Positions 1 to 11,732 of a stretch of DNA of 50,000 nt are shown one piece after another. The position numbers and the translations under genes are program-made. Position 1 is the stretch's first letter. Each line of letters opens with the position of its first letter. This DNA is from Octopus vulgaris (lineage: Eukaryota), in the NCBI GenBank assembly GCA_951406725.2, contig CATOCA020000028.1, forward strand, positions 1 through 50,000. Reading direction: 5' to 3'. The notes under the pieces were generated by a model. The model worked only from the letters and a program-made list of their open reading frames with translations, made no database searches and was not told the DNA's origin.

Positions 1-14
1 AAATTAAATTTAAA

Positions 15-418
15 GGAGTGGCTGTGTGGTAAGTAGCTTGCTAACCAACCACATGGTTCCGGGTTCAGTCCCACTGCGTGGCATCTTGGGCAAGTGTCTT
101 CTGCTATAGCCCCGGGCCGACCAATGCCTTGTGAGTGGATTTGGTAGACGGAAACTGAAAGAAGCCTGTCGTATATATGTATATATATATAAGTGTGTGT
201 GTATATGTTTGTGTGTCTGTGTTTGTCCCCCTAGCATTGCTTGACAACCGATGCTGGTGTGTTTACGTCCCCGTCACTTAGCGGTTCGGCAAAAGAGACC
301 GATAGAATAAGCACTGGGCTTACAAAGAATAAGTCCCGGGGTCGATTTGCTCGACTAAAGGCGGTGCTCCAGCATGGCCGCAGTCAAATGACTGAAACAA
401 GTAAAAGAGTAAAAGAGA
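15..418 (+). mobile_element. tRNA-derived SINE family 1 (CORE-like, Octopus OR-type) with internal (TA)n(TG)n
   Basis: A/B-box-like head (TGGCTGTGTGGT...GGTTCAGTCCC), CORE-like CTTGGGCAAGTGTCTT, internal microsatellite and GTAAAAGA repeat tail. Near-identical copies occur at 10.1, 11.3, 12.1 and 12.5 kb. Confidence 0.8.
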
Positions 419-445
419 AAAAAGTGTAAGTGAATCTAACTGTTT

Positions 446-673
446 CCTTATTACCCACAAGGGGCTAAACATAGATGGGACAAACAAGGACAGACAAATG
501 GATTAAGTCGATTACATCGATCCCAGTGCGTAACTGGTACTTAATTTATCGACCCCGAAAGGATGAAAGGCAAAGTCGACCTCGGCGGAATTTGAACTCA
601 GAACGTAACGACAGACGCAATACTGCTAAGCATTTCACCCGGTGTGCCAACGTTTCTGCCAGCTCGCCGCCTT
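446..673 (-). mobile_element. tRNA-derived SINE family 2 with target-site duplication
   Basis: Head GGCGGCGAGCTGGCAGAA...GAGTTCAAATTC and central GCCTTTCATCCTTTCGGGGTCGATAAA block. Flanked by TGAATCTAAC(T/G)GTTT at 431-445 and 681-695. Confidence 0.85.
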
Positions 674-1028
674 ATTGAATTGAATCTAACGGTTTTTGTG
701 TGTTTCTTCAATGGCTTATAAACACCTTCCACGCTGCAATTGTTTTCGTTCCAGCACACTCGTATGCAAAATAAAATAAAAAAACGACTTGTAATGCAGT
801 TGGTTACTAATCGTCTCAGCCTCTGTTGTGCTACTGTTTTTTTAATTGATTGCAATCAAAAATTCGGTCCAGTGCTTTGCAACACTGTCCACTCAAAATG
901 AATTTATGCACAGGAAATTCTTGGGTTCTCAGAATATGTGCACATACTTACTGCTTTTAGAAAGTGGTCTTACTTAATCACGCGTTGGTTTCCGCCACTA
1001 TTATTATTATTACTATTATTATCGTTCA

Positions 1029-1640
1029 GGTGGCGAGCTCGCGAAATCGTTAGCACGCCGGGCGAAATGCTTAGCAGTATTTTGTCTGCCGATACGTTCT
1101 GAGTTCAAATTCCGCCGAGGTCGACTTTGTCTTTCATCCTTTCGGGGTAGATTAAATAAGTACCAGTTACGCGCTGGGGTCGATGTAATCGACTTAATCC
1201 GTTTATCTGTCCTTGTTTGTCCCCTTCTGTGTTTAGCCCCTTGTGGGTAGTAAAGAATTAGGTATTTCGTCTGCCGTTACGTTCTGAGTTCAAATTCCGC
1301 CGAGGTCGACTTTGTCTTTCATCCTTTCGGGGTAGATTAAATAAGTACCAGTTACGCGCTGGGGTCGATGTAATCGACTTAATCCGTTTATCTGTCCTTG
1401 TTTGTCCTCCCTGTGTTTAGCCCCTTGTGGGTAGTAAAGAAATAGGAATCGTTAGCACACCGGGCTAAATACTTAGCAACATTTCGCCCGTCTTTACGCT
1501 CTTAGTTGAAACACCGCCGAGGTCGACTTTGCCTCTCACTCTTTCGAGGCTGATAAATTAAATACCAGTGAAATACTGGGGTCGATGTCATCCACTAGTC
1601 CCCTCCTCGAAAATATCAGGCCTTGCATCTATAGTAGTAA
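1029..1640 (+). mobile_element. Cluster of SINE family 2 copies (full copy, tandem duplicated 3' part, diverged copy)
   Basis: 1029-1260 is a full copy. 1262-1445 repeats its body and tail. 1446-1640 is a diverged copy with a different 3' end. Confidence 0.8.
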
Positions 1641-1642
1641 TG

Positions 1643-1669
1643 ATTCTTCTTCTTCTTCATCTTCTTCTT

Positions 1670-1700
<31 letters not shown>

Positions 1701-1795
1701 TTCTTCTTCATCTTCTTCTTCTTCTTATTCATCTTCTTCTCCTCCTTCTTCTTCTCCACCTTCTCCACCTTCTTCTTCTTCTTCTTCTTCTTCTT
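1643..1795 (+). repeat. (TTC)n microsatellite
   Basis: Direct reading of the sequence. Confidence 0.95.
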
Positions 1796-1797
1796 AA

Positions 1798-1975
1798 GGC
1801 GGCGAGCTTTTGCGTCCGTCCTTATGTTCCGAGTTCAAATTCGGCCGAGGTCGACTTTGCCTTTCATCCTTTCGGGGTCGATAAAATAAGTACCAGTTGA
1901 GTCCTGGGGTAGATGTAATCGACTCATCCCCCCCCCTCGGTAACTTGCTGGCCTTGCGCCAAAATTCGAAGCTAT
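1798..1975 (+). mobile_element. SINE family 2 variant (alternative 3' tail)
   Basis: GGCGGCGAGCT head plus GCCTTTCATCCTTTCGGGGTCGATAAAATAAGTACCAG block. Confidence 0.75.
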
Positions 1976-2916
1976 TGTTTTTATTATTGCTGTAGTTATT
2001 CCGCATTAGGCAAGCTATAGTCAACGGCATTCCAGCTATGACCATCCCATATTCCTATGGTCCACATTATCTAACTAGGGCCACTGCTTGAGGGAAATTG
2101 GGCTACTTCTATCCAATAGAGTGTCAGTGTTCTTGTTGGTATATTTATTCTTGTTAGCTATAGTACAGTTGTTGTTATTGTTGTTGTTATTAGTCCCCAT
2201 ATTCTTAATTGTTGTTAGTGATGTTATTGTTTGTTGACGCCGATAATATATCAATTGTTGTAAATGTTAGAGTCTCTGAGGTCAAGCCTGACTGACCAGA
2301 ACCATGAACGATAATCTGACGCGTCCCAACTTTTAAGCATCTCCTTTACGACGGTAAAAAAATACATATCTAAAAGTAAGACTTCCTCTACTTTCAATAT
2401 CACTTAACATATCCTTCCATTTAGTTCCATACCAGACATTAAGACATTTCCCCGTGAGATTAAACAAACACTGACTATCATATCTAGCAGAGTGCGCGGA
2501 CACCCAAGAACCTCCTTCATCTCTGTTAATATTGGTCTTCGTGTTGATGTAGTATTTAAATGCTGGCGGCCTTCTTGGCTGGCTTTTACAATATTTTTGT
2601 TTGCAATCTCCGAGTCCTGAGATTTAAGAGTAGCTACTTTCACAGTCAGCGTCTACTCTTCCTACCACTTTTGCAATAGGTCAGCCATTTGCAAAAAAAA
2701 TATCTCGAGAGAAGATATGTTTAAACTTGTCGAGCGACGACAACGAATAAATAAATAAATAAAAACAAGTCAGTAACCAACCCAAAGAGAGGAGGAGGAG
2801 GTGGTGGACGTGAAACAGATAAACTTCCTCGTGCAATTTATCTTTTATTTACTTTATGTTCAAACACAGTCAGAGAACATTTCAACAACACACCACGTAC
2901 GTAGACGAACGAATGT

Positions 2917-2926
2917 GATGTGTATA

Positions 2927-2980
<54 letters not shown>

Positions 2981-3050
2981 TTTATATATGTATATATATA
3001 TATATATAAATACATATATATATGTGTGTGTGTGTGTAAGTATATGTATG

Positions 3051-3107
<57 letters not shown>

Positions 3108-3258
3108 ATAAGTATATGTACTTATTTGTATGTAAATATATATATATGTTTGTATGTGTATGTATATATATATAGATATACATACCTATATACATGCATA
3201 TATATATATGCTTGTGTATAGGTGTGTATATATGTATGTATATGTACGTATGTATATT

Positions 3259-3294
<36 letters not shown>

Positions 3295-3420
3295 CACATA
3301 CAAACGTATGTATATATATATATATATAAATAAATACATATACTTATACGTATGTGTGTGTGTATGTGTGTATACGCTTGTATCTATTAGACGAGAGAGA
3401 GAAGGGAGAGGGAGAGAGTG
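2917..3420. repeat. Compound (TA)n/(TG)n microsatellite
   Basis: Direct reading of the sequence. Confidence 0.95.
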
Positions 3421-3563
3421 ACATTTTAAATACACAAAACAAGGAGGCATGTTTAAACGCTGAATACTATCATTTAATGATATAAGATGGAGATGTTTGT
3501 GATGTTGATGATGATGGTGATGACGATGATGATGACCACGATATGTACGTTGATGATGATGAT

Positions 3564-4105
3564 AAGAAGAAAAGGAAGAAGGAGAAGAAGAAGAAGAAGA
3601 AGAAGAAGAAGAAGAAGAAGAAGAAGAAGAAGGAGAAGAAGAAGAAGAAGAAGAAGAGAAAGGAGAAAGAAGAAAAAGAAGAAATAGAGAAAGAAGAAGA
3701 AGAAGAAGAAAAAGAGAAAGGAGAGAGAAGAAAAAGAAGTAAAGGAAGAAGAAAAAGAGAAAGGAGAAAGAAGAAAGAAGAAGTAGAGAAAGAAGAAGAA
3801 GAAGAAGAAAAAGAGAAAGGAGAAAGAAGAAAAAGAAGAAGTAGAGAGAGAAGAAGAAGAAGAAAAAGAGAAAGGAGAGAGAAGAAAAAGAAGAAGTAAA
3901 GGAAGAAGAAAAAGAGAAAGGAGAAAGAAGAAAAAGAAGAAGTAGAGAAAGAAGAAGAGGAAGAAGAAAAAGAGAAAGGAGAGAGAAGAAGAAGAAGAAG
4001 TAAAGGAAGAAGAAGAAGAAGAAGAAGAAAAAGAGAAAGGAGAAAGAAGAAAAAGAAGAAGTAGAGAAAGAAGAAGAAGAAGGAGAAGGAGAAGGAGGAA
4101 GGAGA
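3564..4105 (+). repeat. Polypurine (GAA)n-derived tract with higher-order repeats
   Basis: Almost pure A/G on the plus strand, with recurring AAAAGAGAAAGGAGA blocks. Confidence 0.95.
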
Positions 4106-4449
4106 TGATGGTAACTACGATGATGAAGACGTTGACGATGATGGCGGCGGAGATGGGAACGACAACGACAAAGAAAACGAAAATGACGTCATGATGACGA
4201 CAACGACGAAGACGGTGAAGATGATGACGATAATGATGACGATAATGATGACAATGGTAGCATTGGAATTTGTTGGTGGTTTTACAAAAAGTATCTCTAC
4301 AAGATTAGCCGTAATGATTAAAAGAACGATACGGGTAGATTACGTAACCACGGTCGGAAGAGTGATATATTTGCTCAACATTCGGGCAGTGGCTCTTCTT
4401 CGGCGTTGCACACAACTTATGTAGAATATCAGTAAAAGAGTAGAAAGCA

Positions 4450-5244
4450 TTGTTGTATTTCGGAATGGTCATTTTGCCAGTTTAGCCAATAAAAACCCAC
4501 GCACTATATATTTGGTGTTACTTTGCTTCAGTGTTATTTATTTTTTACATTAATCTTAATCTTATTTCGGCCAGAGTTCTTTCGTCACACTCCTGTGACC
4601 GCATCAGTGGTCCTTTGCTTTCTTCTTTCTTATTTATGTGTCGCTCCTTACTAACCGTCAGCTAACGATATTGTTGTATTTCGGAATGGTCATTTTGCCA
4701 GTTTAGCCAATAAAAACCCACGCACTATATATTTGGTGTTACTTTGCTTCAGTGTTATTTATTTTTTACATTAATCTTAATCTTATTTCGGCCAGAGTTC
4801 TTTCGTCACACTCCTGTGACCGCATCAGTGGTCCTTTGTTTTCTTCTTTCTTATCTGTCTCTCTCCTTACTAACCGTCAACCATTTTGTATTTCTATTGT
4901 ATGTCTTCATTTGCGCATGCTTATATCTCTATGTGCGTTTATGTTTATTTAGTGTGTGTATGTGGGGGGATGCCTGTAATATTTGTATCTTCTGTTTATA
5001 TATGTTCATGTAATTTGTATTTAGAAATGGTCATTTTGCCAGTTTAGCCAATAAAAACTCACGCACTATATATTTGGTGTTACTTTGCTTCAGTGTTATT
5101 TATTTTTTACATTAATCTTAATCTTATTTCGGCCAGAGTTCTTTCGTCACACTCCTGTGACCGCATCAGTAGCCCTTTGCTTTCTTCTTTCTTATTTGTG
5201 TCTCTCCTTACTAACCGTCAGCCATTTTGTATTTTGTATCATAT
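4450..5244 (-). mobile_element. Three-unit tandem repeat insertion with hammerhead-like motif (retrozyme / Penelope-type pLTR candidate)
   Basis: Units start at ~4449, 4670 and ~5015. Flanked by a 10-bp direct repeat GTAGAAAGCA (4440-4449 and 5245-5254). Each unit carries CTGATG..stem..GAAA on the minus strand. Confidence 0.65.
4569..4613 (-). ncRNA. Type I hammerhead-like ribozyme motif (copies also at 4790-4834 and 5131-5174)
   Basis: GGACCA-CUGAUGCG-GUCACA(GGAG)UGUGAC-GAAA-GAACUC-UGGCC. Stems I, II and a minimal stem III are present. The core deviates at A9. Confidence 0.5.
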
Positions 5245-6157
5245 GTAGAAAGCAACAATACTGAAACAAGGCACACAGATCTGTGTTCTACGACCAGACT
5301 TAGCCCCTTCTAACTTTCATCTATTGCCAAAAATGAAAAAAGCCCTGGCTGGTTGCCATTTTGCCACTGACAATGACGTCATAGGCACTGTAGGAAGTTT
5401 CTTAGAGTCTCAAACAAAAGGGTTCCTCTATGCCGGGATAATGGCACTTCAGCACCGCTGGAGAAAGTGTTTAGCCATCAAAGGGGACTATGTTGAAAAA
5501 TAAAACATCAGAAGTCTTGTACTATGTTTTTTTTTTTTTCGAGGCTCAAGACTTTTCAGATACCCCTCGTACAGGGAATGCATGTATCCCAGATTACACA
5601 GTTCTAAGCTCAGCTGTACTCTGTGGAAACATATGCCCAATGTAAGTAGCGCTGTGCCAAGTTGTGGAGTGAATATCGGTGACTTGGCACAGCCTAAATT
5701 AATGTTTCGAGCCCTAGATCTCAGAGGACCCGTTTCTAGGTTTCTATGGTATAATAAGCGACCCATATCAGAATATTTACCCTGAACCAGATGCCAGGCC
5801 ATTACAGGGCCACTCATCTACAGGGAAGAGGATGGGAGCAACACGAAATGTAGTGTTTCACTGAAGAGCACAATGCAGCAACCGGTCCGGTAATCGAACC
5901 CACAACCCTGCGAACAACACTACACATGATCACGTAAAGCTATATAGATATATAGTTGTCCTGAACTTTTCCAAGTATAGTAACTTGTTCTGTAATTTTC
6001 CAGGTTTATAATATTAACAATTTTATTTCTCTTGCTCACATTTTCTCATGTAATCCAAGTTTTATCCAGGCTGTACCATTATGCTAATTAATTATATGTG
6101 GCATTTAGCGGTCCTTACCTCAACGAAGCCGGTGACATATCAAAAGTCCACATGGAT

Positions 6158-6541
6158 GGAAGCACTCCGTCGGTTACGACGACGAGGGTTCCGGTTGATC
6201 CGAATCAACGGAACAGCCTACTCGTGAAATTAACGTGTAAGTGGCTGAGCACTCCACAGACACGTGTACCCTTAACGTAGTTCTCAGGGATATTCAGCGT
6301 GACACAGAGAGTGACAAGGCCAGCCCTTTGAAAATACAGGTACAACAGAAACAGGAAGTAAGAGTGAGAGAAATTTGTGGTGAAAGAGTACAGCAGGGAT
6401 CACCACCATCCCCTGCCGGAGCCTCGTGGAACTTTTAGGTGTTTTCGCTCAATAAACACTCACAACACCCGGTCTGGGAATCGAAGCCGCGATCCTATGA
6501 CCGCGAGTCCGCTGCCCTAACCACTGGGCCATTGCGCCTCC
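6158..6541 (-). mobile_element. tRNA-derived SINE family 3
   Basis: Reverse complement of the 6902-7285 copy, with head GGAGGCGCAATGGCCCAGTGGTTAGG...TTCGATTCCC. Confidence 0.85.
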
Positions 6542-6717
6542 ACACATACCTACATCTATATGTATATATACATGTATATATGGGTACAGGAAAAACATGG
6601 AAACGAACTTTTTTTTGGCACAACGAAAAAAAAAACAAACAGAGAAACTAGATATACAACATAAAGAATATTCCCCTTCTTCAGTTGTCCCTGTTTCGTC
6701 TACTCCGCGTTGAACTT

Positions 6718-7480
6718 ATAGAACAACACATATAGGATAAAATCCTTACAGAGAAGAAAAATCTGTCAGCAACCAGCCACGAGAATCGAACCCACATCAT
6801 TTTGATTTCCTTTCAAGTGTAATCTTTCTACTTGTACAACTATACATTTCAGCGCTTCAAACACAAAATTATGCTTATTTACATAGGACGTAATTTATAT
6901 TGGAGGCGCAATGGCCCAGTGGTTAGGGCAGCGGACTCGCAGTCGTAGGATCGCAGTTTCGATTCCCAGACCGGGCGTTGTGAGTGTTTATTGAGCAAAA
7001 ACACCTAAAAGCTCCACGAGGCTCCGGCAGGGGATGGTGGTGATCCCTGCTGTACTCTTTCACCACAACTTTCTCTCACTCTTACTTCCTGTTTCTGTTG
7101 TACCTGTATTTCAAGGGGCCGGCCTTGTCACTCTCTGTGTCACGCTGAATATCCCCGAGAACTACGTTAAGGGTGCACGTGTCTGTGGAGTGCTCAGCCA
7201 CTTACACGTTAATTTCACGAGCAGGATGTTCTGTTGATTCGGATCAAGCGGAATCCTCATCGTCGTAACCGACGGAGTGCTTCCCAATTTATATTACATC
7301 TAACGTTTCTGGTTGACTCTATATGTTCTAAAATTGCAGAAGAATTTGTCGGTTAATCTTGTTTAGGTTAATAGTAAAGCAATTGATTGAAAATCAAGGG
7401 GATGTGAGTTCGATTCCCGTGGCTAGTTGCTGAGAGATTTTCCTGCTCTGTAGGGATATTATCCTATATATGCTGCTCTA
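6718..7480. repeat. Diverged ~100-bp inverted repeat pair (6718-6815 / 7383-7480) containing a tRNA B-box-like motif
   Basis: ATAGAACAACACATATAGGATAAAATCC...GAATCGAACCCACATC matches the reverse complement of GATGTGAGTTCGATTCCC...TATCCTATATATGCTGCTCTAT. Confidence 0.7.
6902..7285 (+). mobile_element. tRNA-derived SINE family 3 with 10-bp TSD
   Basis: A box TGGCCCAGTGG and B box GTTTCGATTCC. TSD AATTTATATT at 6892-6901 and 7286-7295. Confidence 0.9.
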
Positions 7481-7899
7481 TCAGTAGCTACGCATTGAAA
7501 AATATTTCTTTCTACAATAAATTTCGGCGCTCACGTATGACGTAATATAGTGCTGAGTTGTCAAACATTTAAACCAAATTTTCTCAAAACAACTTGTCCG
7601 ACCGTCCCATAGGCCTCCCCTTTGAGAAACGCTGATTTAACCTAAATTTGAGACACCAGCAAAAGAAGAAATAAAGATAGACTTTTTTCTATTCCAAAGA
7701 AAAACGATTTTATTCACACAAATATGCAACCGAAGAGTTTAAAGTACCAGTAATGATAAGGCTGTTGACATGGTTTAAACAGTAAGCTTGGCAGGAAAGA
7801 AACGTGCCTTTAAGCAGTACAAAAACAACAAAAAATGGAAGATGCAGTTATGTACAGTTTGACAGAAGAAAAGCAGGACAAAACGGCTTATTGATCGCA

Positions 7900-8055
7900 T
7901 TCTCACCTGGAATCGATTTTTGTAATTTTTTCAAGACTTATACACGCCCTGATACCGTCGGTATCTTCAGATCAAATTTGAGCGCAATCGGATGGAGGAT
8001 GCCCGAGATCGTAGAAGACACACACACACAGACAGACACGACGGATTTTATATAA
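7900..8055 (-). mobile_element. Possible non-autonomous Helitron-like 5' fragment
   Basis: Minus strand reads TATATAAAATCCGTCGTGTCTGTCTG(TG)n...CCGATTGCGCTCAAATTTG, a layout typical of invertebrate Helitron-derived repeats. The boundary is uncertain. Confidence 0.35.
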
Positions 8056-8060
8056 GATAT

Positions 8061-8102
<42 letters not shown>

Positions 8103-8250
8103 GTACATATATGTATAAGATATATATATATATATACACACACATACATCTGCCTCTGTGTGTGTGTGTAATTATACGTTGCTGTATATGGAAACGCAAG
8201 TGAATGTATGTATTTAACTGAGAAGATGTATACACACACACACAAACACG

Positions 8251-8308
<58 letters not shown>

Positions 8309-8499
8309 ATGTATGAGTCGTTGTGTGTCTGGTCGTCTGTTTACGTGTGTATTCATATTTTTGAATTTCTATACTACTCCAGTCAAATAAAATCATTTGT
8401 TATCGCTTATATCTTGATATCTTTACTCATAGACGCAGTTTGCATGCATGTATATAAACATAAATACACACACACACACATATATATATATATGTATAA

Positions 8500-8554
<55 letters not shown>

Positions 8555-8687
8555 GTAAAAAGTGAAAAAACTACAGAAGGCTTGTTTTAAAAGGTTAAAA
8601 AATATATATTTGAGTCAATATTCTGAAGAATATATATACATTAAAGTATGTATATATACACCCATACACCATGACGCATACATATGT

Positions 8688-8727
<40 letters not shown>

Positions 8728-9235
8728 TTTATATACATACGTATATACATATATATGTATGCATTTATGTATATATATATGTTTATATATAAATATATAT
8801 ATAGAGAGAGAGATTTATATATATATATATACATACATATATATATGTAATTCTGTATGTATATATATGCATATACATATATAAAAATATGTGTGTGTGT
8901 GTTATGTGTATGTATGTATGTATGTATGTATGTACTACTTGTGTATTCTCAAGGTCTTAAAGGTTCTTAGATTATATATTATCTCCCTGTTCTTATCTTA
9001 ATGTTATTTTAATTATGTATTTAGAGTAGTATGCATTTATTCCACTATATAATTGCACTTAAAAGCACCCTTCACGGAGTTACTCTCACATACACACACA
9101 AGCACAATGGCTGACACACGGCATTTATAAACATTAATTCGCAATTAGATATACATAAATACATACATGCAAACTTATATACGTACACTCACACGTATAT
9201 ATATATATATATGTGTGTATATATATATATATATA

Positions 9236-9454
9236 GTTAATCCAAACAAGAAAACACAGAACAAAAGAGAAAAAAAAACACAGCAACGCGAGGAGGCGGA
9301 ACAATTAAAGTATTATTTGACGCTCAGGAAAGAAGGGAAGGACGGTTTAACGTTTCGAGCGGAGCTCTTCGTCGGAAACAAAGGAGAAGGAAAGATCCCG
9401 AGAAGGGAAGACAGAGGAAAAAATATTTTTGCTGGTGGTGCTCAAGAGATCACA

Positions 9455-9495
<41 letters not shown>

Positions 9496-9672
9496 GTTAA
9501 TCCAAACAAGAAAACACAGAAAAAAACACAGCAACGCGAGGACGTGGAACAATTAAAGTATTATTTGACGCTCAGGAAAGAAGGGAAGGAGGGTTTAATG
9601 TTTCGAGCGGATCTCTTAGTCGGAAACAAAGGAGAAGGAAAGATCCCGAGAAGGGAAGACAGAGGAAAAAAA
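9236..9672 (-). mobile_element. Two tandem ~190-bp repeats with minimal hammerhead motif (Penelope-type pLTR remnants)
   Basis: GTTAATCCAAACAAG...GACAGAGGAAAAAA is repeated at ~9236 and ~9496. The minus strand reads GTTT-CCGACGAA-GAGC(TCC)GCTC-GAAA-CGTT-AAAC at 9345-9379. A mutated copy lies at 9593-9627. Confidence 0.6.
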
Positions 9673-9884
9673 TATATAGAGAATGGTTGTATACTGTCAA
9701 TCTAACACGAACGTGACAGTAGGGGGGTACACCACCGCTGTATAGCCCTAGGAAGCATCGACGCCTCCTGATGGCTTTGACACATTTTTCCCTGTGTCCT
9801 TATATACATTTACGAAGGAGAGACAAACACCCCGGCCGCCGGAGCTGCATCTAGGGAAAATAAATATATATACGTGTTTGTGTG

Positions 9885-9922
<38 letters not shown>

Positions 9923-10146
9923 CTTTCGTATTTCTTTTTTTTCATTCTTAAAAAAATACCGTTTTTTTTTTAAATTTTAAATATTTATATATAATAATGT
10001 TTTTGTTATGGCCCCTGTTTAGTTGGTCTAAAACATTTAATTTAACTTAACATCATTTTATCAGAATTCTTCATGTTTAAACCTGTATTTACATGCGTTT
10101 GAACACATGATTTCGCCGCGTTTTTTCTGTTATTCTTATAATCTTA

Positions 10147-10374
10147 TACTCTTTTACTGGTTTCAGTCATTTGACTGCGGCCATGCTGGAGCACCGCCTT
10201 TAGTCGAGCAACTCGACCCCGGGACTTATTATTTGTAAGCCCAGTACTTATTCTATCGGTCTCTTTTGCCGAACCGCTAAGTGACGGGGACGTAAACACA
10301 CCAGCATCGTTTGTCAAGCAAAGCTAGAGGGACAATCACAGACACACAAACATATACACACACATACATGCATA

Positions 10375-10408
<34 letters not shown>

Positions 10409-10589
10409 TACATATATACATATATACGACAGGCTTCTTTCAGTTTCCGTCTACCAAATCCACTCACAAGGCATTGGTCGGCCCGAGGCTATAGTAGAAG
10501 ACCTTGCCCAAGATGCCACGCAGTGGCACTAGACTCGGAACCATGTGGCTGGTTAGCAAGCCACTTACCACACAGCCACTCCTGCGCCT
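10147..10589 (-). mobile_element. SINE family 1
   Basis: Reverse complement of the 15-418 element. Confidence 0.85.
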
Positions 10590-11243
10590 ATATTTATATA
10601 TACACATACATACATAGATACATATACATATATATACATACATACATATATATATATATATACATACATACATACATATGTATATATATATATATATACA
10701 TACATACATACATACATATGTATATATATATGTGTGTATATACATACATACATACATACATATGTATATATATATATATATACATACATACATACATACA
10801 TATGTATATATATATATATATACATACATACATACATATGTATATATATATATATACATACATACATATGTATATATATATATATACATACATACATACA
10901 TATGTATATATATATATATACATACATACATACATATGTATATATATATATATACATACATACATATGTATATATATATATATACATACATACATATGTA
11001 TATATATATATATACACATACATACCTACATATGTATATATATATATATATACACATACATACCTACATATGTATATATATATATATACATACATACCTA
11101 CATATGTATATATATACACATACATACATACATATGTATATATATATATATATACACATACATACATACATATGTATATATATATATATATACACATACA
11201 TACATACATATGTATATATATATATATACACATACATACATAC

Positions 11244-11285
<42 letters not shown>

Positions 11286-11305
11286 TAGATATATATACAT
11301 ATATA
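10590..11305. repeat. Compound (TACA)n-TATG-(TA)n minisatellite
   Basis: About 700 bp of recurring TACATACATATGTATATATA units. Confidence 0.9.
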
Positions 11306-11458
11306 CGACGGGCTTCTTTCAGTTTCCGTCTACCAAATCCACTCACAAAGCATTGGTTGGCCCGGGGCTATAGTAGAAGACACCTGCCCAAGATGCCACG
11401 CAGTGGGACTGAACCCGGAACCATGTGGTTGGTAAGCAAGCTACTTACTCCTACGCCT
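11306..11458 (-). mobile_element. SINE family 1, 5' half
   Basis: Matches the head and CORE-like region of 15-170. Confidence 0.8.
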
Positions 11459-11732
11459 ATTAAAATTTATTTGCTTTCTTTTACTTGATTCAATCATTGG
11501 ACAGCGACCATGCTGGGGAATTACTTTAAAAGGCTTAATTGAATAAAGTGGCCCCAGTTCTTAACCTTTCTAAGTTTGCTGAAGCGCTAGGTGATTGGGA
11601 TGTAAACAAACCAACATCAGTTGTCACAACTCTGTCTATTCCGTGAGGCATTATGAGAATTTCTGAACGAACACAATGGTACACACACACATGTACACAC
11701 ACACACATATGTATATATCTATATATATACGT

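Noticed and set aside
2325-2900. Possible decayed Tc1/mariner remnant on the minus strand
   Set aside because: Only vague resemblance. No clear TIR pair or catalytic motif could be read.
5488-5817. Possible host exon in unique-looking sequence (TTTTCAG acceptor near 5559, GTAAGT near 5642)
   Set aside because: No recognisable protein motif and no partner exons, so it cannot be supported without RNA data.
6902-6975. tRNA genes
   Set aside because: The tRNA-like sequences are SINE heads that continue into SINE bodies and have TSDs.
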